Shown here: positions 9,901 through 15,811 of the stretch, piece by piece
Numbering within the stretch: position 1 is the stretch's first letter
Layout of the letters: each line of letters opens with the position of its first letter
Assembly: GCA_020848095.1 (NCBI GenBank)
Contig: JADLAT010000002.1
Span: 21,293-85,292 of the forward strand
Direction: 5' to 3'
DNA: 64,000 bases
Source of the DNA: Alphaproteobacteria bacterium
GTDB taxonomy: Bacteria; Pseudomonadota; Alphaproteobacteria; Micavibrionales; Micavibrionaceae
Made by a program: the position numbers and the translations under genes
Notes under the pieces: model-generated
The model's input: the letters and a program-made list of their open reading frames with translations, nothing else
What the model was told of the DNA's origin: nothing
The model's database searches: none

Positions 9901-10273
9901 TGAATTTGGGGTAATGGCGCAGGAAATTGAAACCATTTTCCCCGAACTGGTCCGCACAGCCGAAGACGAAATGGGCACAAAGTCGGTAAACTATATCGGC
10001 TTGATTGCGCCGATTATTGAGGCTGTGCACGACCTCAGCACCGAAAATGAAGCGCTCCGCTCCGAAATAAACCTGATAAAGGCGGAAAATACCGAAGTCA
10101 GAGAATCGCTCGCCAGCCTCTCCCGGCAGGTCGAACTGCTCAACCGGGCTGCCAGCAAAAATATTGGCCAGGCCTCAATGCAGCCAATAGCCATAACCGC
10201 ACTTAGCCTGCTCTTGGGACTTATCGCTTTGATAGGCTCTGCTTCATACGCCATGCGCAGGAAAAGAGGCTAA
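998..10273 (+). CDS. Giant chimeric surface fibre/adhesin: pseudopilin-like N-terminal domain, tandem modules with YadA-head (Hep_Hag)-like repeats, S74 intramolecular-chaperone autocleavage domain, C-terminal TM anchor
   Basis: Single 9.3 kb ORF. The start is uncertain: GTG 998 sits 7 nt after AGGGGA, ATG 1013 is the alternative, and the ORF track starts at TTG 974. N-terminus: hydrophobic helix NVFFALFGAVAIVGVLG, then DPWGNPYGY and ISSGPDG, as in GspG-type pseudopilins. Middle: repeats such as NSVAMGNATQATGAHSVAMGSSTIASG. C-terminus: SDMRLKKNI...FGVMAQEIETIFPELV (endosialidase-chaperone/Peptidase_S74 type), a coiled coil, the TM segment ITALSLLLGLIALIGSASYA, then MRRKRG. Confidence 0.85.
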   Translation: MDKNNMTPKTSSRKNEQGNVFFALFGAVAIVGVLGAGIMSTMRGPLSTMVEVNRREQAKAEMRVAANLILAGAALDECGDADGFTEAPLMDTTGTHKPLNGGVIPGSIGATKTDPWGNPYGYCAWNHGPDAAGQTTCVGTLDGSDNANNIAIAIISSGPDGVFTTECYNDGVGDDYVRPDTGSGDDIVEPMTYNQAVASTGGLWAVSGPTGASIDRELTVTSAGTSSFTGAIEVGSTIKASTSIITDALVPINVGTQDYIDIAGGIKIGDVTVSGCTGVGDVGMLRVNGTNLQVCKGAAGWQSASGQWKDGAAGKIYYDTANIGVGTITDPARALDIGGTFGATGAATLGDTLNVSGATTLSSTLAVTGATTLSNTLAVAGDFTINTDKFTVDATNGDVDAAGIINTSAYYQIDGDTMLRSDTAMNKSVLLGKDAGANVTGNNNTILGANAASTLTSGSGNIVIGAGSTTPLAAPDVPGATTDDYLNIGNILHGNLTNKRLGIGFADDYDASGFNDTLEVNGNTDIVGNLAVSGTSVFGTTVTIENDGDIVASGTIAAADYTWNGVDFTPPGSCNATTEKMNWNVTTGWECIADTAGGSGAGGALNFIDLADVPNNYTGAGGKIVVVNAGATGLEFLAQTALEDAGKWEDSLVGETDDIRRNKADGDVLIGAASSAAVGIDANASSDLYVEGLIKTGSKILVPDGSAAAPSYVFTTSPTTGLYLDAADRLGFATAGVARAYILANGDVGIGTTSVPTGVGGAGQNLLMAVNGPLGATHYCDAAGENCFTAAGISSASTPAGADREIQFNNNGVFGASSTFKLMSDGDLLLTGTYTGTASAPVAGAGTRMFFDAQMGAFRAGSVDSTQWDTASIGIYSQALGRNAKAGGSYSTALGTSSNADAAFSLALGRDINIASSAPGSAGLGLNQNAATTDPIISGSESFGIFMGTHNNVNFAVANTMGVFGGKMVIDPAIPATQLTARGVLDLGAATDALILPRGTTAQQPVAPAGGMIRYNTTATPKDKVEYYDAESTSWIQLSDGTGGATPAGADREIQFNNNGVMGASAAYKLMADGDLLLTGAHTGTASVPVSGAGSRMFFDAQMSAFRAGYVNGTQWNDVNIGNYSTAFGFGTRASGDSSTAIGNTVLASGSNSTAIGFGTLASGSSSTAIGAGAVASGTTSIAAGASTTASGIYSIAMGRAAVAGDGTAGNGLGDGSMAIGLVDDSITITTKPKVTGIQSLGIFMGDQDGGVTLADQNTMGLFGGKMVIDPAVPATQLTARGVLDLGAATDALVLPSGTDAQQPAAVNGMLRYNTDNGKFEGYQAGAWQDILTSAIAGGAAAPDRGIQFNNNGDFAADAKFTYTTDGDLIVGSNQIDDTTTGTEDSRMYFDVSNSAFRAGSVTGGEWNFASAGAYSVAFGYNTIASGVLSFAGGDSSTATNAFSFAYGDQNDATGQASTAFGSNNNASGDYSIVFGSNNNATGGHSFAGGGDSIWATGDSSFAWGNSSRAEGDTSIAIGNNVKSSGVYGTAFGNKVVVGNGTAGSGFGDGSMAIGLIDDAVTITTRPQVTGIQSMGIFMGDQDGGVVLADQNTMGLFGGKMVIDPAVPATQLTARGVLDLGAATDALVLPSGTDAQRPGTPAGGMIRYNTTATPKDVIEYYDAESTAWIQVPTSTTSTPAGADREIQFNNAGVMGASATYKLMADGDLLLTGTYTGVASVPVSGAGTRMFFDTQTSAFRAGYVNGTQWNDVNIGNYSTAMGASNIASYNYAVALGQQNTSSGSASIALGSSNTATGSGASGATAIGYNNYSMGDGSMALGKNNSVTNHAGFAIGSYNNSDGENMALGFYADVTGGGSIAIGASTVDPATDPVISGAQSFGVFMGNHSGVDFSAANTAGFFGGKMVIDPAVPATQLTARGVLDLGAATDALILPSGTDAQRPGTPAGGMIRYNTTTTPKDVIEYYDAESAAWIQVPFATTAAPAGADREIQFNNAGVMGASAAYKLMSDGDLLLTGTYTGTASAPATGAGTRMFFDTQSAAFRAGGITAAQWDTASLGIYSVAFGKDTTASGSYSAAFGLSSTASGTQSFAAGNTAIASNSQSVSMGNTTTASGLRSVAMGFTTSATAASSVAMGNTTLASATNSVAMGNATQATGAHSVAMGSSTIASGSASTAMGVSTVASGWNSVAMGNTTTASGAGSVALGSITTASGIASTALGVSVAAGDGTANNGKGDGSIAFGLIDNAVTITTPSQVTGIQSMGIFMGDQDGLVVSADNQMGLFGGKMVIDPAIPATQLTARSVLDLGAATDALVLPSGTTAQQPVTPAGGMIRYNTTATPNDKVEYYDAESTSWIQLGSGGSGGAALSGITAAVAANTIGSGDYAQAWNWTLTTAAKSAMTFGETLAATNGAGAQSVVKMATLAASTAMPLWIQNAGNGLSFRVDDAASDTTPFVIDADGKVGIGLSAPTAPLHIKGANANGEYLLAMQQNDQHAEYIQMKNSAGTTVFDIAGSWGFPYINLSDTSGTARVSLTTGGAAGPHLVVLTSVNRPDGGEPYGFGIRVNYPNSMENGIIFGDGSGNGAYGSAITGYDGDSGGSTDNGGLRLKTGNGVRPTTRVQIDPDGITRFTTAGAIVLPSGTDAQRPGTPAGGMIRYNTTATPNDKVEYYDAESTSWIQLGSGGSGGTIDGLTDGITDYTTDFNLFMGQNAGAAIAATGQYNLAIGQNAGDTISSGDRNIAIGYDVLTTGATMSDNIGIGYNALKLNQSGGQSNVAIGAYALDANTTGDTSIAIGKNALGGNQGGGANIAIGEDALLSNVSGVDNVAIGPWALDGSTGDRNLGIGSDALTLTTGSDNIGIGYLAGNNLTSGSGNIIIGSSNAATTAGGSNQLDIGDTIYGDLSEKRIGIGAVPAAGVELDVTGDIQYTGTLTDVSDMRLKKNIRPLGKMLAKINQVKTYSFVMKDDQAGRTEFGVMAQEIETIFPELVRTAEDEMGTKSVNYIGLIAPIIEAVHDLSTENEALRSEINLIKAENTEVRESLASLSRQVELLNRAASKNIGQASMQPIAITALSLLLGLIALIGSASYAMRRKRG
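3389..9049 (+). repeat. Five large imperfect tandem modules (about 240-375 aa each) plus a sixth partial copy, inside the giant fibre gene
   Basis: Each module opens with PAGADREIQFNN(N/A)GV.GAS..(F/Y)KLM.DGDLLLTG (nt ~3389, 4135, 5020, 6030, 6935). Each closes with GLFGGKMVIDPA.PATQLTARGVLDLGAATDAL.LPSGT.AQ.P...GGMIRYNT....EYYDAES..WIQ (nt ~4110, 4990, 6010, 6915, 8060), and the closing block alone recurs at 8890-9049. The closing blocks are near-identical at DNA level, for example 4810-4905 versus 5816-5910. Confidence 0.85.
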
Positions 10274-10389
10274 AAACAGGAACCTACAGCAGACCCGGCA
10301 AATAAACGCCTCGCCCATGATTAAATAAAATCATTGAAAATTAAAGCCGCACATGGTTTAAAGAGCGCTTGTCCAAGCCTAGGACTAAT

Positions 10390-10465
10390 GCGCCCGTAGC
10401 TCAGGGGATAGAGCACTGGTTTCCGGAACCAGGTGTCGGGGGTTCGAATCCCTCCGGGCGCGCCA
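10390..10465 (+). tRNA. tRNA-Arg (anticodon CCG), CCA encoded
   Basis: Hand-folded cloverleaf. Acceptor GCGCCCG/CGGGCGC, anticodon stem CTGGT/ACCAG with loop TTCCGGA, T-loop TTCGAAT. Confidence 0.9.
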
Positions 10466-10584
10466 TTCCATACAATTGGTTAAATTCAGCATCCTGTCGA
10501 AGGGTTTTTTTAATTCAGAACAAAGGATTGGGCCTTTTAGGCGCAGGTTCGCAAATACGAAATTAATTAATAGCCATTTTTGTA

Positions 10585-11442
10585 TCAAAATCTGGGCTCA
10601 GCCGCCACGCCACGCCCGCCACACAGGATGAATATTTTAGTTTTTGCCCCACTGTCATCCATATGTTCCCCGGTTTTTTCCAAAGAACAACGAAAAAAGT
10701 CCTCTTTCGGCGTTTCCCGCTGCAACACTTCATAAAGCTGTCCAATTGTCATCGACGGATTACGCTCGGACAAAACCTTCTGAATCGTTTGACGGACAAA
10801 CTCCACCGGAACATGCTCAAAGGCCTGCCCCTTTCCGCTCTTATCCCCGTTCCAGCTTTCCCAGAGAAAAGCCACTTCCTTGAGGTTCCAGCCTTCTCCA
10901 TCCATTATGTTCTGCGCAGATTTTGTTACAGCCGACTGCGCCTCTCTCTGGAAATAATCTGCAATCCGCTCCTCTAAAAGAAACTCATTTAAATGCACCC
11001 GCTTCAGCGCTTCCGTTACCAAGGCTCTGGTTTTTGGATCATCGGAAGACACAAAATGCAAAAGCGCCATCCCTGCAATGATTCCAATCTGATTATCTTT
11101 CTGCCCCTGTGCCGTCTGCGCTAACACCGTAAATCGCCTGCAAGTATGATTAAAACCCTTATTAAGGACTTGCTTTTCTACAATGTTTTGTACATCTTTT
11201 TGGGTTACTTGCTTTATCTTCTTACCATCTTCCCCTTCAAATTTTATCGTTTCCATGACCTTATCTGACTGTGTATACGTTATTTCTTCTATATCGAGAC
11301 AATCGGGGGTTATGTGCTGGACAACATTTTTTGTTGGGGGTGTTGAGCAGGCATTAAAAAGCAATGAAAGCCCGGCAGCGACCACAGCCTTCCCTATAGA
11401 AGTCTGCATATAGTAAGAAGAAAAATTGTTCTTTTCAGACAT
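10585..11442 (-). CDS. Hypothetical lipoprotein
   Basis: The N-terminus ...KAVVAAGLSLLFNAC has a lipobox-like Cys. No recognisable domain. The start could instead be the internal ATG at 11409. Confidence 0.55.
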   Translation of the reverse strand: MSEKNNFSSYYMQTSIGKAVVAAGLSLLFNACSTPPTKNVVQHITPDCLDIEEITYTQSDKVMETIKFEGEDGKKIKQVTQKDVQNIVEKQVLNKGFNHTCRRFTVLAQTAQGQKDNQIGIIAGMALLHFVSSDDPKTRALVTEALKRVHLNEFLLEERIADYFQREAQSAVTKSAQNIMDGEGWNLKEVAFLWESWNGDKSGKGQAFEHVPVEFVRQTIQKVLSERNPSMTIGQLYEVLQRETPKEDFFRCSLEKTGEHMDDSGAKTKIFILCGGRGVAAEPRF

Positions 11443-11521
11443 GGCACTTAAAATTCTCAGATAGTTTTCTAGATGGCCTATTTTATTTACATAGAAAGGT
11501 GGTACCTGTCAACATCTATAT

Positions 11522-11553
11522 GAAAAACCGCCGCAAAAATATCTACGGCGGTT
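11522..11553 (-). terminator. Rho-independent terminator downstream of the 11585-12934 gene
   Basis: On the minus strand: AACCGCCG, a 12-nt loop, CGGCGGTT, then a T run. Confidence 0.6.
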
Positions 11554-11584
11554 CTCTCAATAAATAAAGCAGAAAATAAGCGTA

Positions 11585-12934
11585 TTAAGGCGCTGGAGCA
11601 GCAGAAATCGCAATGGGAATCAAATTCTGCTCCCCAAATCCACATCCCGCCATCGCAGATTCTGGATCGCTAACTGGCTGGTACAGGTTACCGTCTTCCG
11701 CCCTGTGAGCTGACTTAATGCTAAACATTGCCATAAGCCCTTCCGTTACAGTTGGGGCGTCTTTCTGATCGGCCGCACCAGTTCCCCCTGCCGCCGCAAA
11801 GCCTTTCAAGCTACATTTTAGCGCCGTCATATAACCAGGCTCAACTTCACCGGTGTAAAGCTGTGCCGTCATTTGCTGCACCGTTCTGGTCCCCTCTTCC
11901 CGGCGCCCAGAAGCATCCCCCCCCCCCTGCAAATTATATTCATGTGTTTGCTTGGCTATCACATAGGCATGTGCCTGCCTCTGGGACTCACGCTGATCCG
12001 CATAAACCTGCCCGGTACACATAGCCAAAGCAATTTTACTATCAGACATGCCTCTTGTCATTGCAGCCCGCTCAAGAGGTTTGGCTATATACAACTCTTC
12101 AGCACTAAAAATAGCACCTGTTTCTTCATCGGATACAAAAACGCCAATAGACGGATGATAGGTAAAGTTAAGACCAGCATAGGCCAAAAAGACCATCCCT
12201 CCGGTAGCCCCTACGCTAAAACGGTTCACACATGTTTGAACTGCAAATCTGGCACTTTCAAGATAATGATTAGCCACATTTGTCGCCGCCCCCCACCTGC
12301 TGCTTACGACTGAATTATATTCAGTACTATTCCCGCTCGCAGTTGGGTTACTATGCAATTGGTTACCACTTGCCCCTGCTGCAGATGTTGTCTGTTGGCT
12401 GCTATTATCCGTAATAGTTTGATTAGTTTTCTGTTCTGTGTGGCTATTATCAATTTGAGTTTGAGTAGGGTTCAATTCTACACGGCTATTATCAATTTGA
12501 GTTTGAGTAGGGTTCAATTCTACACGGCTATTATCCGTAACATTACTTCCTGCCGTAGAAGTAGCGGCTCCACCATGGCCACCGGCTCCACCATGGCCAC
12601 CGGCCGAACTTAAAGCCCCAGGAGCGATAGTGACGTCACCACCATAACCAACACCTTTCCCACCAAGATCGCCAGTATTTATAACAGCTTCAGCGCCTGC
12701 ATTAGGATTCATATTTTCTATTGCAATCCCTGCATTCGCATTATTTTTATTCACGTTATCAATGTCAGGGGCAACGACAGTAGTAACATTAGTCTGGGGG
12801 TTAACTTGGGGGGTATTTGGAAATCCTGGACGATCATGTTCGTATCCGTGCCCACCTGTAGCCGAAGCGCTTGCGCTTGCCAGAACAATTGTTGCCGCAA
12901 CAAGATTTTGTTTCCAATTCTCCGTTAAACTCAT
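11585..12934 (-). CDS. Secreted repeat-containing hypothetical protein
   Basis: ATG 12934 is preceded by AAGGA. Signal-peptide-like LVAATIVLASASASA. Contains a GHGGAGGHGGA duplication and a perfect 14-aa tandem repeat, NSRVELNPTQTQID. No recognisable domain. Confidence 0.6.
   Translation of the reverse strand: MSLTENWKQNLVAATIVLASASASATGGHGYEHDRPGFPNTPQVNPQTNVTTVVAPDIDNVNKNNANAGIAIENMNPNAGAEAVINTGDLGGKGVGYGGDVTIAPGALSSAGGHGGAGGHGGAATSTAGSNVTDNSRVELNPTQTQIDNSRVELNPTQTQIDNSHTEQKTNQTITDNSSQQTTSAAGASGNQLHSNPTASGNSTEYNSVVSSRWGAATNVANHYLESARFAVQTCVNRFSVGATGGMVFLAYAGLNFTYHPSIGVFVSDEETGAIFSAEELYIAKPLERAAMTRGMSDSKIALAMCTGQVYADQRESQRQAHAYVIAKQTHEYNLQGGGDASGRREEGTRTVQQMTAQLYTGEVEPGYMTALKCSLKGFAAAGGTGAADQKDAPTVTEGLMAMFSIKSAHRAEDGNLYQPVSDPESAMAGCGFGEQNLIPIAISAAPAP
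12442..12535. repeat. Perfect 42-bp tandem repeat, about 2.2 copies, in frame
   Basis: GGCTATTATCAATTTGAGTTTGAGTAGGGTTCAATTCTACAC occurs at 12442-12483 and again at 12484-12525, with a partial third copy at 12526-12535. An adjacent 18-bp duplication, GGCTCCACCATGGCCACC x2, lies at about 12564-12600. Confidence 0.9.
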
Positions 12935-13167
12935 AATTCTACATCCTTTTTTTAAAAGCCTCATCCGATTATTTTATTCGGGAAGCAAGATTTTCAATAA
13001 CGCAATTCTCTTCTCATAAGCTTGAGTTTCTGTCAAGAATATTTCGTAAAAATTTTATGGTGAACGAAATTTCCGTAGAGTTGTTCATTTTCATTTGCAT
13101 AAAATAATAAATTTGTGTAAGAGAACCGCACGATATTAAATCTATATGACAAAACAAGGTCAGAAAC

Positions 13168-14529
13168 ATGATAACCCCGCCCCTCATCGAAACTTCTTTG
13201 CAAACAGGTATCTGCACAGTATCCCGCCCTGTAGGCACACAAGGCAATCAGGGACGGCTCCGTCAAGCATTCACCACCATGGCGCAAGCAACTAAAAATA
13301 CTTCACAGATACTAAAAACCCACCTGCGCACAATCCGCCGCGAAGGGCTGCGCGAGACATTCCACAAAGCTGCGCCTGCCTTGAAACATGCAGGATTGAG
13401 TCTGGGCACAATCTCAGCCGTTAAAATCGGAACCATGAGCGCCGCCGGGGCCATCGGAATTTCTGGCCTGAGCGCCGTAGCTCTGGGCGCTGCTGGCGTC
13501 GGGGTCTGCGCAACAAGCGCACAATATGCGCTTGATTGTTATAAGGCCCACAAGGCAGGCGAAAAACGCCCAGAGTTCAGCGTAAAAAATTATGGACTGA
13601 AAGCCCTGTTCACTAGTGCAAGCGCCGCGCTTGGCCTTGAGGCCCTGAATACAGACCCGGAAACGGTTCTGGATAAACTCAAAGCCGCCCTTGAGAAAGT
13701 CTTCACCTTTTTCTCGGGCACTGCGCAGGCCACGACAAATATTATAGCCAGACCAGAACTGAGCTCTATAAAAGATATGAGCCATATCCAGATGTACCCC
13801 CTAAACGATAACGCATCACCCCCAGTCTCCATACTGGATAACGCCGGAATAACACCAAGTGCTTTCTTCTCCGGGCTGAATACAGAAGGCTGGACACAAA
13901 AGGCAAAAGAGGCGCTAACAGCAGCGCAACGCGGACAACCCTGGGGCATGCAGGATATTGCGCACTTTGCAGCAAACGGCGAGCTTGGAAAGGGAATTAG
14001 CAGAAACTACGAATTAGCCGGGCAAGCCGCACTGATGGCAAAAGAATCAGCAGAAGCTCAGGGAAATCATAAAATTCTGGGCTTATCGACAACTTTCTTG
14101 AACGATCTCAGCAAAATAGGCGCTTTTTCGGAAAGCCGTCAGATCCCTCACCCGCTTGTCACAGAGACATCCACAATCGCCGCTTCACTCCCCCCAAAGA
14201 CCCACGAATGCGATCTGGAGCGAACCGTCATAAACAAATACAGCGCAATCACAATGAGTTGTACCAACCCGGACACAACCGTCAATATTGGTGATAAAAT
14301 CAAAGTTATGATTATGACATCAGATAAAATCCATAATGAAACTCATATTTATGAAATTGGCAAAAATCTGGCTGGTCGTGAAATGCCGCTTGGTTCACTG
14401 TTCAACGGAGTTTATATCGCCAATACCAATGAAAATATGGAGCACACACTTGCCCAACGTATTGCACGCAACGCTTCCAATGCAACAGAAGAACAGCTTG
14501 CTTCAGCGCTCCAGCCAAAATTTCCATAG
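13168..14529 (+). CDS. Hypothetical protein with N-terminal Gly/Ala-rich hydrophobic segments
   Basis: Long ORF in the AT-richer region. Hydrophobic stretch LSLGTISAVKIGTMSAAGAIGISGLSAVALGAAGVGVCA. No family recognised. The start is uncertain; ATG 13279 is an alternative. Confidence 0.5.
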   Translation: MITPPLIETSLQTGICTVSRPVGTQGNQGRLRQAFTTMAQATKNTSQILKTHLRTIRREGLRETFHKAAPALKHAGLSLGTISAVKIGTMSAAGAIGISGLSAVALGAAGVGVCATSAQYALDCYKAHKAGEKRPEFSVKNYGLKALFTSASAALGLEALNTDPETVLDKLKAALEKVFTFFSGTAQATTNIIARPELSSIKDMSHIQMYPLNDNASPPVSILDNAGITPSAFFSGLNTEGWTQKAKEALTAAQRGQPWGMQDIAHFAANGELGKGISRNYELAGQAALMAKESAEAQGNHKILGLSTTFLNDLSKIGAFSESRQIPHPLVTETSTIAASLPPKTHECDLERTVINKYSAITMSCTNPDTTVNIGDKIKVMIMTSDKIHNETHIYEIGKNLAGREMPLGSLFNGVYIANTNENMEHTLAQRIARNASNATEEQLASALQPKFP

Positions 14530-14570
14530 CGCACCCGCTCCGATACCCCCTATAAAAGAGTCCATGTTAG

Positions 14571-14780
14571 ATGGTTGACGATATTGTACAGGCGATTGAC
14601 GTAACGAAGAACACGTATTATCGCTGGCGCAAGGAATACGGGGGGATGAAGCATCATCAAGCCGAGGCACACATATTTAAGGCAAACAAGCCTTTCCAGG
14701 TGCCCTCGGAAAATCCGGACGGAGAAGCGCCCGTTGAATATAAAACGCTGGCAGAATTATACCAGAGTATAATCATATGA
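14571..14780 (+). pseudogene. Remnant of an IS3-family transposase OrfA (helix-turn-helix part only)
   Basis: IDVTKNTYYRWRKEYGGMK matches the conserved ...TYYRWRKEYGG... segment of IS3-family OrfA. The rest of the ORF is unrelated, and there is no OrfB or inverted repeat. Confidence 0.5.
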
Positions 14781-14907
14781 TTTAACTTGAAATAACGCCC
14801 ATTATTGGAAGATTGGTAAATAAAAATTTGCAAATTCCATAATTATGAAGTATAAGCTCCGGTATCAAAAATTGCAGGCAGAGTTTTAGAATTTTAAAGG
14901 GAAAATC

Positions 14908-15468
14908 ATGACTGAGTTGAAAGGTAGTAATGCGCAACTGACGCTCGCTCCGGAAGAACGGGCAGTTGTCGAGCAAGGTGGAATTAAAGTTCAATTCAAT
15001 GGCAGTGACAACGTGACCGTCTTGCAGAACGGTGTGACAGTTTATCCGCTTCCCGCCAATGGCAATGCCCCGCAAACGCAACCTGCACTTGCTAATACTG
15101 CTGCGGCGGAAGATCATCCTGTCGGAACCTTAGATGCACCGAACTGGCAATATGCTGGCATTTCACCCACAACCGGCAAGGATTACTGGTTGCAGATAGA
15201 AGATGCTGGAATTATGAATCACTTCAATGCTGTTTCCTATGCGAAAACAAATGGCTTTCGATTAATGTCGGGCGCGGAAGGCATACAGACATATAAACAA
15301 CAAGATCAGTTGCAAGGTGTTTTCAATAAAGAAATGGGCTACTGGCTGGAAGAACACGGCACTAGCAACGCCAGAGTCCAGTGGTTCGACTGCAACATCC
15401 GGGTCAACCTCCACAGGCTCAAAGACCGTCCGGTTCGTTGCGTCCGAGACGATGATCCCCGCTTGTAG
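14908..15468 (+). CDS. DUF1566 (Lcl C-terminal domain)-like protein
   Basis: AAGGGA lies upstream of the ATG. The C-terminal half has the pattern ...NGFRLMS.AEG...GYW...ARVQWFDCNIRVNLHRLKDRPVRCVR, resembling DUF1566 domains, which typically end in VRCVR. Confidence 0.5.
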   Translation: MTELKGSNAQLTLAPEERAVVEQGGIKVQFNGSDNVTVLQNGVTVYPLPANGNAPQTQPALANTAAAEDHPVGTLDAPNWQYAGISPTTGKDYWLQIEDAGIMNHFNAVSYAKTNGFRLMSGAEGIQTYKQQDQLQGVFNKEMGYWLEEHGTSNARVQWFDCNIRVNLHRLKDRPVRCVRDDDPRL

Positions 15469-15492
15469 CGCTAGCGAAAAGCGGGTTTATAT
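15458..15492 (+). terminator. Possible terminator overlapping the stop of the DUF1566-like gene
   Basis: CCCGCTT, a 14-nt loop, AAGCGGG, then TTTATATA. The T run is weak. Confidence 0.35.
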
Positions 15493-15594
15493 ACCCCAAA
15501 TTGACCGGTACAGGGATGGGATTTAGTCTTTAAATTATTGTTTTAAAGTAGTTTTTTATGGTTGTGTTTAGTACATTACCCCATTTGTTACCCC
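15489..15594. other. att-like site: fragment copy of tRNA-Val plus arm-type-like TTACCCC/ATACCCC motifs
   Basis: CGGTACAGGGAT at 15506-15517 is identical to 24276-24287 inside tRNA-Val. ATACCCCAAATTGACCGGT at 15491-15509 aligns with ATACCCCCAAATTTGAGCGGT at 24147-24167. TTACCCC occurs at 15576 and 15588, matching the TTACCCC cluster next to the integrase. Confidence 0.5.
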
Positions 15595-15811
15595 TTAATT
15601 GATTTTTGTAAGGGATTTTATCCAGTGACCGGAGACTAACTCTGAAACTGGTACCAACATGAGGGGCAGCTCATAGGCGATACAAGTAGGGGAGTGCTAA
15701 TGAAAGGTGTGGATGCCAGCGCAGGCTTTAAAGATGAGCCATCATAGTAAATATCTTGTCAGACTAAACAAAAAATTTCAAAGCTCGTTTGACGGGTTGC
15801 CCCACCACCCC

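Noticed and set aside
998-10273. A prophage tail-fibre gene, suggested by the S74 chaperone domain.
   Set aside because: No other phage structural, lysis or replication genes flank it. The neighbours are an ABC1 kinase gene and a tRNA. It is better treated as a cellular fibre that uses a phage-type module.
998-10273. A canonical trimeric autotransporter adhesin.
   Set aside because: Hep_Hag-like repeats are present, but the C-terminus has no YadA-type 4-strand beta-barrel anchor, and the N-terminus is pilin-like rather than an extended Sec signal.
10530-10565. A possible remnant of a tRNA 3' end (GGCGCAGGTTCGCAAATACG) downstream of tRNA-Arg, as an att repeat marking the left island border.
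   Set aside because: Only GGTTCG..AA matches the T-arm of tRNA-Arg, and there is no acceptor-stem match. This is too weak to distinguish from chance.
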